From a virus: 64,000 nucleotides of DNA. Shown piece after piece: positions 39,635 to 46,128 of the stretch. The notes beneath the pieces were generated by a model that saw only the letters and a list, made by a program, of their open reading frames with translations, was not told the origin of the DNA and ran no database searches. A program made the position numbers and the translations under genes. Location of the stretch: IMG/VR virus record IMGVR_UViG_3300046492_000199; one strand, written 5' to 3'. The number at the start of each line of letters is the position of its first letter. Positions within the stretch are counted from its first letter, which is position 1.

Positions 39635-39637
39635 AAT

Positions 39638-39713
39638 TGGTAGTTCCTGCTAGGATCGAACTAGCGCATGCTGGAATGTAAATCCAGAGCCTTAACCGCT
39701 TGGCGAAGGAACC
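39638..39713 (-). tRNA. tRNA-Val(TAC) with Gln-like body
   Basis: CTGGA-TT-TAC-AT-TCCAG; encoded CCA. Confidence 0.85.
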
Positions 39714-39723
39714 GTGTTAAATT

Positions 39724-39873
39724 TTAAATACTTAGACCTTTACCATGACGTGTAGGGACGTTATAAAAACTGATAAGAGTTTCATACATGGCTTGGACCA
39801 GATCATCACGTTCAGCCGATGGGGCGGACGCTCTAATGGTCTTCATTACTTTATTAAATTCATTTAATTCCAT
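39724..39873 (-). CDS. 49-aa hypothetical protein
   Basis: MELNEFNKVMKTIRAS...; track start lies inside tRNA-His. Confidence 0.55.
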   Translation of the reverse strand: MELNEFNKVMKTIRASAPSAERDDLVQAMYETLISFYNVPTRHGKGLSI

Positions 39874-39892
39874 AACTTTTGTCCTATGTTTT

Positions 39893-39968
39893 TGGACCGT
39901 CTTCCTTGAGTTGAACAAGGGTATCGCGATCCACAATCGCGCGCTCTAACCAATTGAGCTAAAGACGG
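39893..39968 (-). tRNA. tRNA-His(GTG) lacking G-1, with T73
   Basis: CCGTCTT/AAGACGG stem, loop TT-GTG-GA, CCA. Confidence 0.9.
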
Positions 39969-40320
39969 AAGTTTTTAATTTTTCTCTGGCTTTACGTTTA
40001 TATTGCTTGGATTTCTCATTCCAAGCAAGTCGGCAAGCATCACATCTACACTTTCTGTGTCTATACATTCCCATGGTGCCGTGTTCTGGAGCGTGCTTTT
40101 CGGTATGACACTCGATACATAATAGCTGGCATTTATTTATTTCATCTATCAGAGTGTCCCAAGGATAGGACCAATTAGATGTAACATTAAATTTTTTATT
40201 GGTTGGGTCTATATGATCTACTTCTAGTGCTTCAGTAGAACCGCAGTGAACACATTTATTTCCTAAATGATTTAATAATTTTTCTTTAAATTGCTTATAG
40301 TATTTTACGTTTTTCTTCAT
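39946..40320 (-). CDS. HNH endonuclease
   Basis: CVHCG...LEVDHIDP...CQLLCIECH; C-terminal HG...CRC..C motif. Confidence 0.9.
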   Translation of the reverse strand: MKKNVKYYKQFKEKLLNHLGNKCVHCGSTEALEVDHIDPTNKKFNVTSNWSYPWDTLIDEINKCQLLCIECHTEKHAPEHGTMGMYRHRKCRCDACRLAWNEKSKQYKRKAREKLKTSVFSSIG

Positions 40321-40332
40321 AATATTTATATT

Positions 40333-40407
40333 TGGTTTGCGAGGCTAGACTCGAACTAGCAACCGCCTGATTCAAAGTCAGGTGCTCTACCATTAAGCTA
40401 CTCGCAA
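40333..40407 (-). tRNA. tRNA-Gln(TTG)
   Basis: CCTGA-CT-TTG-AA-TCAGG; T1-A72; CCA. Confidence 0.9.
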
Positions 40408-40413
40408 AAATTA

Positions 40414-40509
40414 TTAAAGCGCTAGGTAAATACCTTCACCCATGGGTTGGTACGAAGCACAAGCTGTTACGGTTAGGGTTAAACAAATAATTGTTAAAAT
40501 CTTAAACAT
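40414..40509 (-). CDS. 31-aa lipoprotein-like peptide (not in ORF track)
   Basis: MFKILTIICLTLTVTAC-ASYQPMGEGIYLAL; lipobox VTAC. Confidence 0.55.
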   Translation of the reverse strand: MFKILTIICLTLTVTACASYQPMGEGIYLAL

Positions 40510-40527
40510 TACATTCTCTTTTTAATT

Positions 40528-40610
40528 TGGTGGACGTAGATGGAGTTGAACCACCAAGCCTTAAGGACCGGAGCTACAATCCGGCGGGCCTGCCAATGCC
40601 CAATACGTCC
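40528..40610 (-). tRNA. tRNA-Tyr(GTA)
   Basis: CCGGA-TT-GTA-GC-TCCGG, variable arm, CCA. Confidence 0.9.
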
Positions 40611-40616
40611 TAATTT

Positions 40617-41003
40617 TTAAACCTCAACGTCGGAATACTTTTCTTTCAGCTTCTTCAGTTGTTCTAATTCTTTATTCCTAGCCTTATCAGCCTTCTTCTG
40701 CGCCGCTGCTTGGCTTCTACGTTTAGCTTCAGCTTTGCGTTCCTGTTCAGCCTTTGCGGCTCGCTCAACCTCATCCCTAATGGACTTGATTGCCTGTAGC
40801 GCGCCACCTTCAGGTTCACGTACCAACACGTATTGATGGACGTTGTTATTAATCTTCTGAAGGAGGTGAAGATTTTGCTGAACGAACTGAAAATCTTCCT
40901 CAGAGATTTCTTCCCAATCTGAGATACCTTGAGTAAGGATTTGTTGGTCGTAATAATCATCCACGCTTATGTTTACATACATGAACAGTTTAACTTTTAC
41001 CAC
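40617..41003 (-). CDS. hypothetical protein
   Basis: 128 aa with C-terminal coiled coil; AGGAGG RBS. Confidence 0.75.
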   Translation of the reverse strand: MVKVKLFMYVNISVDDYYDQQILTQGISDWEEISEEDFQFVQQNLHLLQKINNNVHQYVLVREPEGGALQAIKSIRDEVERAAKAEQERKAEAKRRSQAAAQKKADKARNKELEQLKKLKEKYSDVEV

Positions 41004-41021
41004 GACAACCTCCTTAAAAAT

Positions 41022-41100
41022 TGGCTCCCTTCCTCGGGATCGAACCGAGCTAATCAGTGCTTAACAGGCACGCCCATGCACCAAGCTTGGGTTGAAGGGA
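41022..41100 (-). tRNA. tRNA-Asn(GTT)
   Basis: Loop CT-GTT-AA, T1-A72, G73, CCA. Confidence 0.88.
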
Positions 41101-41111
41101 TAATATAGTTA

Positions 41112-41222
41112 TTATCTATTTGACAGGAAGAAAGAGCACTTCTTAAATTCTGTCAAACCAATTTCATTAATAGCTGCTGTAACAGCTGATTTGATTGCGT
41201 TGTAAACTGTTTCGTCGTCCAT
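41112..41222 (-). CDS. 36-aa hypothetical peptide
   Basis: MDDETVYNAIKSAV... after AGGAG RBS. Confidence 0.45.
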   Translation of the reverse strand: MDDETVYNAIKSAVTAAINEIGLTEFKKCSFFLSNR

Positions 41223-41514
41223 GTCAATGTCTCCTAACAAAAATAGAACCAGAAAGTGTGCTGCTACGCCAAATTCTCTAAGGGTCTTACGTGGCATCTA
41301 AGGGGATTCTTGTCCATACCCTCCCCAAATTAATTCAGAGGCTTCACCCAATGAACGTACCACGTAAACTGCGTAGTCTAGATATTGTTCGCGCAATACC
41401 TAAACATCTCCTTCCCCTGTTGACCTATTCAGACTGTGGACCAGAACTGACTTATTCAACTCGAAACTCTTTAAAAGATGGCTGCTCTTAGGCCAACTTC
41501 CTTAACTGGTATTC

Positions 41515-41605
41515 TGGCGGAAGGTGCAGAGATTCGAACCTGCGGACCCCTTTCAGGGCCTCCTCTTTAGCAAAGAGGTGGTTTAAGCCACTCACCCAAC
41601 CTTCC
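41515..41605 (-). tRNA. tRNA-Ser(GCT)
   Basis: CCTCT-TT-GCT-AA-AGAGG, long variable arm, G73, CCA. Confidence 0.9.
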
Positions 41606-41612
41606 AAACTTA

Positions 41613-41687
41613 TGGAGACGAGAGCCAGAATCGAACTGGCGAGTATCGGATTTGCAGTCCAACGCCTAACCATTCAGCCTTCCCGTC
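41613..41687 (-). tRNA. tRNA-Cys(GCA)
   Basis: Loop CT-GCA-AA, T73, CCA. Confidence 0.9.
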
Positions 41688-41694
41688 GTCTTAG

Positions 41695-42321
41695 TTAAAC
41701 AATCGTTTCTTTAATTCCAGCAGCCTTGGCGCGATCTTCGTCACTAAATTCCATAGCGAAACTCAAGCCACTATCTGCCGAAGCATACAAAGCACTACGG
41801 TTTGCTACTGACTTAAATGCTTGATCGTAATTACCCTTAGTCATATTCAGAGTCGAACCTGACAGAACACCTAGACCGCCGCTCTGACCAAACGCGTCAA
41901 AGTCAGCACCAATGAAGATAACGTCATAGCCCTTTGTCTTAAAATCGTCAATAGACTTTTTAGCATTATCTTTAGTAATTTCGCGGCTCGCATTTTCAAG
42001 GCCGTCAGTTACGACTACAATGGTAGCTTTCTTAGGAGCCTTGAGGTGAATGGTCTGAGCCAGAGTGCCAATAGCGTCGAACAAAGGTGTCATCCCGCGC
42101 GGCATAACTTCGTTAGCTGCAATTGGAGTCCATTCCTTGATCTTCACTTCGGAACGAATAACTTTAAAAGGTTCCTGATTGTCAAAAACGGCAACAGTGA
42201 TATCACCCTTCTTAACACCATTTTCACTCAAGGCAGCGGCGTAAGCATTTACCGCGCCAATGGTTTCGGTCCAGTTAGAAGACATGGAACCGGATCGATC
42301 AATAAGAATATAAATCTTCAA
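41695..42321 (-). CDS. von Willebrand factor A (vWA) domain protein
   Basis: MIDAS IDRSGSM, MTPLFDAIG, VVTDGLEN; TTG start reassigned outside tRNA-Ser. Confidence 0.88.
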   Translation of the reverse strand: MKIYILIDRSGSMSSNWTETIGAVNAYAAALSENGVKKGDITVAVFDNQEPFKVIRSEVKIKEWTPIAANEVMPRGMTPLFDAIGTLAQTIHLKAPKKATIVVVTDGLENASREITKDNAKKSIDDFKTKGYDVIFIGADFDAFGQSGGLGVLSGSTLNMTKGNYDQAFKSVANRSALYASADSGLSFAMEFSDEDRAKAAGIKETIV

Positions 42322-42337
42322 TTTCGTTCTTTCTATA

Positions 42338-42430
42338 TGGCGGAAGAGGTGCGGATTCGAACCCACGGAACGCCTTTCGACGTTCGCTCGCTTTCAAGGC
42401 GAGTGCCTTAGACCACTCGGCCACCCTTCC
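42338..42430 (-). tRNA. tRNA-Ser(TGA)
   Basis: CTCGC-CT-TGA-AA-GCGAG, long variable arm, G73, CCA. Confidence 0.9.
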
Positions 42431-42440
42431 AATTCTGTGA

Positions 42441-42522
42441 TGGAGCACTCCGCGAGACTCGAACTCGCATTTTCGTTCCAGTTAGCTTAGTCAACGTTCG
42501 TAGCGCTGCGGCATAGGAGTGC
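42441..42522 (-). tRNA. non-canonical D-armless tRNA-like gene, anticodon ACG (Arg)
   Basis: Perfect acceptor and T arms, CAGCG-CT-ACG-AA-CGTTG, about 7 nt where the D arm should be, 23-nt variable region, CCA. Confidence 0.7.
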
Positions 42523-42527
42523 GTGTT

Positions 42528-42899
42528 TTAAAAATCTTTCTTAGCGTCACGAAGCAGGATCAGTGAGGTATGATTTTCAGGTAGAAAATATTCGTACACA
42601 AGATCGATCACAACATCTTCGTCATAGTCTTTACAGCTGAAAATGTCAAGATAAAAATCGCCATCTGTTTCGCAGAAGTGGCCCGTAATGTTGGACGTTT
42701 CAATCATCTGGATAAAAGAAATGCCAGCTTTAACCGGATCATGCGTTGCGAAACGCTCGATCCAGAGCGGGCCGTACTTGATCATATCAATCTTTACAAC
42801 AAGTTCGTCTACGAACTTAGCGATATGGTCCTTAGACGTGATGGCGGGGATAGCCCCCGCTCTTGCGTCGATTACGATATGCTTACCCCAATAGTCCAT
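42528..42899 (-). CDS. speD: pyruvoyl-dependent S-adenosylmethionine decarboxylase-like protein
   Basis: GKHIVIDA, IETSNITGHF, YLDIFSCK. Confidence 0.75.
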   Translation of the reverse strand: MDYWGKHIVIDARAGAIPAITSKDHIAKFVDELVVKIDMIKYGPLWIERFATHDPVKAGISFIQMIETSNITGHFCETDGDFYLDIFSCKDYDEDVVIDLVYEYFLPENHTSLILLRDAKKDF

Positions 42900-43298
42900 T
42901 TATAAATCTTCCTTGCACTCGGCCCAAGAAACTGGTTGGTTAGTGATCCATTTTTGAGTAAACGAATCGTACTTCTTTCTAAATCCACCGGGATAAGAAG
43001 TTTCAATGCCGTTCTTATGTCTTAGTTTTAGATAATGAATTGCGTGATCGGTCTTTAATTTCTCTACACCTTCTGGTGTAATTCTGTTATCATCGTCTAC
43101 ATCATTGATATAATATTGACAAAGATAGTCATTGTAATGGATGTTGGACCAATCGGTTAGGCCTATCACATCAATTAAATAATCTTCAAATTGCTCATCG
43201 GCTCTTTGATAATCTTCTAAAATAATGCCAAACTTAAGAGGCTGGTTCATCAACGTTAAAACCTTGACGCTTGGAACCAAAAGGATAGGTCTTGCCAA
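42900..43298 (-). CDS. hypothetical protein
   Basis: 132-aa ORF on array strand; true start uncertain. Confidence 0.6.
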   Translation of the reverse strand: MARPILLVPSVKVLTLMNQPLKFGIILEDYQRADEQFEDYLIDVIGLTDWSNIHYNDYLCQYYINDVDDDNRITPEGVEKLKTDHAIHYLKLRHKNGIETSYPGGFRKKYDSFTQKWITNQPVSWAECKEDL

Positions 43299-43503
43299 GA
43301 TTTAGATAAGGCTCGTAGCGCTCATAGCGAGGCTTGGCGTAGGCAACAAATTCACCCTTAATCTGACGACCTTCGACCAGCTGATCCAGCGGGTGGACCT
43401 TGTAGCCCTTTAGCTTGGCTTCGATGCGGCGCTCCGTAGTAAGTTCAAATTCTGTAACCTTGTCATCGAAAGATTCAATAACCGACGTTGTAGCTGTTTC
43501 CAA
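43234..43503 (-). CDS. hypothetical protein
   Basis: 89 aa, AAGGA RBS, TTG start. Confidence 0.65.
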   Translation of the reverse strand: METATTSVIESFDDKVTEFELTTERRIEAKLKGYKVHPLDQLVEGRQIKGEFVAYAKPRYERYEPYLNLGKTYPFGSKRQGFNVDEPAS

Positions 43504-43533
43504 GTTTAAATTTCCTTATTTATAATTTCTAAT

Positions 43534-43608
43534 TGGCACGACGCCGTGGTCTCGAACCACTCTCTTCAGTTTTGGAGACTGAGGTTTTACCAGATAAACT
43601 ATCGCCGC
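43534..43608 (-). tRNA. tRNA-Trp(CCA)
   Basis: TCAGT-CT-CCA-AA-ACTGA, G73, CCA; two A.G mismatches at the acceptor/T junction. Confidence 0.85.
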
Positions 43609-43616
43609 AAAGAGTT

Positions 43617-43868
43617 TTAGAGAAGTGCTTCAATAGCTGCTTGGACCATTTGATCCGCGCTCTGCTTTGAATTTGCGTATTCTTCTAATGGATCAAGAAG
43701 TTCATATTCCCATCCACTATTGCCTAATGGGCGCTTGCCGCTAAAGCTTTCACCTTCGTCCCATAACACGGATAGAAGGGTTACGAGATATTCGCGAACC
43801 GTGGCAGCGCCAGCGTCATTTTCTTCTTCATTTAATGGAAGTTCTAAAATTTCTTTGCCGGATAACAC
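43617..43868 (-). CDS. hypothetical protein
   Basis: GTG start after GAAAG; FSGKRPLGNSGW motif; track start lies inside tRNA-Phe. Confidence 0.65.
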   Translation of the reverse strand: MLSGKEILELPLNEEENDAGAATVREYLVTLLSVLWDEGESFSGKRPLGNSGWEYELLDPLEEYANSKQSADQMVQAAIEALL

Positions 43869-43892
43869 TTTAATACTTTCTATTTTTATAAT

Positions 43893-43968
43893 TGGTGCAG
43901 CTTCTTGGTTCCGCCCCAAGCTCTCTTGTGCTTCAAACAAGCGCTTTCACTAGATTAGCTTAAACTGC
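43893..43968 (-). tRNA. tRNA-Phe(GAA), atypical T loop
   Basis: CTTGT-TT-GAA-GC-ACAAG; T loop GGCGGAA; CCA. Confidence 0.82.
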
Positions 43969-44080
43969 GAAACTACTAGAAGGGGAAATGGTGGTCAGTC
44001 CATTCGCGTTGCCTTCGTAGCAGGAAGTAAGCGTGTATCCAAGACCATTACAGGACAGTGAAACTTACTTCTACTTAATT

Positions 44081-44155
44081 TGGAGCGGGTAGTGGGGATT
44101 AAACCCACGACATTCTGGTTGGAAGCCAGACGCTCTATCACTGAGCTACACCCGC
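44081..44155 (-). tRNA. tRNA-Gly(TCC)
   Basis: TCTGG-CT-TCC-AA-CCAGA, T73, CCA. Confidence 0.9.
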
Positions 44156-44161
44156 AAATTC

Positions 44162-44797
44162 TTAATAGGACTTACCGTCTTTATATCGTCTTCGTCTACT
44201 ATGTCGGCCTTTACCTACATTTTTAGCTTTATAAGTTGGTGTCATAGCGTGACAAGTAGGGCATAGCAATCTGCAATTCTCTAGTCTATTATCTTTAAAA
44301 TCCCCATTGATATGATCTATCTCAATAGGTATAACTTCACCAAGTTTATGCGTTTCATGGCACTTAGAACACTCTATCCCATTGTTTCTTATTAAATAGG
44401 ATTTAATTGTTACTGAAGAGGCAGTCCCACTTAAAACACTTAATTCTAGCTCAGAGTTGCGGTTGGCTACAAAACATTTCATAGAGCAAAATTTAGAATT
44501 TTTTGTCCTACATTTACAATGAAAACACTCTATTATTGGCCTTCGATCTTTAGGTCTTTGCGGTGGCCCAATTTTATCGTTACTGTGGTCTATTCGTTTG
44601 AAATTATTAAATGTAGCTCCGCAAGACTTAGAACAAAAATCGTTCTTTCTCTTATAATAAGTTAAAGAATTATTGCACCATTTGCAAATCTTTGGATTTG
44701 AGTTATAATCGTCAATTCGTTTTTGTTTCGCAATAGCATTGGCTAATTTAGATTTTTCCGCCCCTAGACGGCCAGCTTCTGATTTTGTTAGTTTCAT
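44162..44797 (-). CDS. HNH endonuclease with N-terminal Cys-rich repeats
   Basis: EIDHING...NRLENCRLLCPTCHA; several CxxC motifs. Confidence 0.9.
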   Translation of the reverse strand: MKLTKSEAGRLGAEKSKLANAIAKQKRIDDYNSNPKICKWCNNSLTYYKRKNDFCSKSCGATFNNFKRIDHSNDKIGPPQRPKDRRPIIECFHCKCRTKNSKFCSMKCFVANRNSELELSVLSGTASSVTIKSYLIRNNGIECSKCHETHKLGEVIPIEIDHINGDFKDNRLENCRLLCPTCHAMTPTYKAKNVGKGRHSRRRRYKDGKSY

Positions 44798-44813
44798 AAT
44801 ACTTTAAATGATT

Positions 44814-44887
44814 TGGTGCCTCCACCCCGAATCGAACAGGGAAACTCGCGTTACAAAGGCGAAGTTATACCATTTAACTATGGAGGC
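44814..44887 (-). tRNA. tRNA-Thr(TGT)
   Basis: Loop TT-TGT-AA, GCCTCCA/TGGAGGC, CCA. Confidence 0.88.
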
Positions 44888-44902
44888 TTTAAAGATTGAC
44901 GC

Positions 44903-45229
44903 TTACGCGTCAATCCACTTAAAAATGTCTTCCCTAGTGATTTGCTTATCACCGTACTTATTAACCATAGCGAGGACGCGAGGCACAATAACAACCACTA
45001 GCTTATTGCTGCTGTGGATTTTTACCTCGACAGACTTGTAAGCCCTGCCATCTAGGAATGCACGAGCTAAGAAAGTGGCTCGATTTTCATTTCTAACTTC
45101 CCATGTTCTGTGTTGTCTCAGGGACCAGAACGCGGGCTTGTTTTTTGCTTTTTGTTTCCTCTCTTCAAAGCGGATAATTTTTGCTTCTTCAGAGAGGTGC
45201 TTAGATTTAACTTTAAGTTCGATACTCAT
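44903..45229 (-). CDS. hypothetical basic protein
   Basis: 108 aa, GGAG RBS. Confidence 0.75.
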   Translation of the reverse strand: MSIELKVKSKHLSEEAKIIRFEERKQKAKNKPAFWSLRQHRTWEVRNENRATFLARAFLDGRAYKSVEVKIHSSNKLVVVIVPRVLAMVNKYGDKQITREDIFKWIDA

Positions 45230-45382
45230 TTGTATTCTCCATTAGATAATTTTTTGTCATTAGTCAAGTGTTTATTTTAACTAAATTAGGCGGGCCTCTG
45301 ATACAGGTCGCACCATTATCTATTGAAGTAACGCACTTTAGGACTCAGCTAAAAATAATCATTATCATTTTCCTATGTTATT

Positions 45383-45458
45383 TGGTGCGCCTACGTGGAA
45401 ACGAACCACGTTAGGGAGATTTGAAGTTTCCTGCATAACCCATACATGCTCTAGGCGC
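45383..45458 (-). tRNA. tRNA with TCA anticodon (opal/UGA suppressor type)
   Basis: GCGCCTA/TAGGCGC, GCAT/ATGC D stem, GGAAA-CT-TCA-AA-TCTCC, CGTGG-TTCGTTT-CCACG, A73, CCA. Confidence 0.8.
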
Positions 45459-45758
45459 TGATATTCTAATTAAAGCTTCGAGCAACTCATCATATTTAGC
45501 TGCGCTCTCTGCCTTAGCTTTTGCGATAAGAGGAATACAATCTTCCACATATCCCAAAATGTTTTTCTGGTTAATTCTACTCTCGCCTCTGAATTCACCA
45601 TCGGCGGCGTACTCACCAGTTATATAGTATTCTCCGTCTCGGTATCCCGGTCCAGAGCCGATATAGTTCCAAAGCTCGTGTATCGTAAGCATTGGGCCGT
45701 TTGAATAATCGCCAGAGTTATAAAGAACGTTTCTGTTGCAATCATAAAGCTGTGGCAT
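45411..45758 (-). CDS. hypothetical protein; 3' end overlaps the TCA tRNA
   Basis: 115-aa ORF with AAGGG RBS. Confidence 0.65.
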   Translation of the reverse strand: MPQLYDCNRNVLYNSGDYSNGPMLTIHELWNYIGSGPGYRDGEYYITGEYAADGEFRGESRINQKNILGYVEDCIPLIAKAKAESAAKYDELLEALIRISAPRACMGYAGNFKSP

Positions 45759-45837
45759 ATCATCCCTTTAAACTTTGGTCGAAGCTTCTCACTCCGCTGT
45801 CGATTGCTTGGCCCATCGATAATGCCGACCATAAATT

Positions 45838-45917
45838 AGGTCTGAGTGGCAAGGATTTGAACCTGCGACCTTCCTCTTCATTGGTGAGGACGCTCTGTCC
45901 AGCTGAGCTACACCCAA
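45838..45917 (-). pseudogene. tRNA-like element with 9-nt anticodon loop, ends ACCT
   Basis: GCTCAGCTGGACAGAGC D arm, TCCTC-ACCAATGAA-GAGGA, GCAGGTTCAAATCCTTGC. Confidence 0.65.
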
Positions 45918-46050
45918 GTTAGCGCCGGACTCTTTCCCGACTGTCTCGCACTTGGCTTTTGTCGAATATAGTTGCCGTGGATCAGACGGTACTTTAATTC
46001 GCGGAGCCTCGACCCATGTTGCGCAACGGGCTTGCGTTCAAAACCTCAAT

Positions 46051-46127
<77 letters not shown>

Positions 46128-46128
46128 T

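Noticed and set aside
39874-43940. Track start codons for ORFs 39724-39936, 41695-42366 and 43617-43940
   Set aside because: They begin inside tRNA genes; downstream starts with RBS are used instead
43988-44015. GGCAAC...GCGAATGGAC on the - strand resembles the 3' half of HDV-like (theta) ribozymes and lies 3' of a tRNA
   Set aside because: No P1 or P2 partner strands can be placed in the required nested order, and the neighbouring tRNAs already encode CCA
45262-45368. Short ORF with an internal TGA right after the UCA tRNA (MIMIIFS*VLKC...)
   Set aside because: Too short, no coding signal beyond a weak RBS; chance is sufficient
45383-45458. Selenocysteine tRNA reading of the TCA anticodon
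   Set aside because: 4-nt variable loop and 7/5 acceptor/T stems; tRNA-Sec needs a long variable arm and an extended acceptor
46015-46040. CAAGCCCG (- strand) resembles a twister ribozyme loop
   Set aside because: The flanking P4 and P1 pairings are not present
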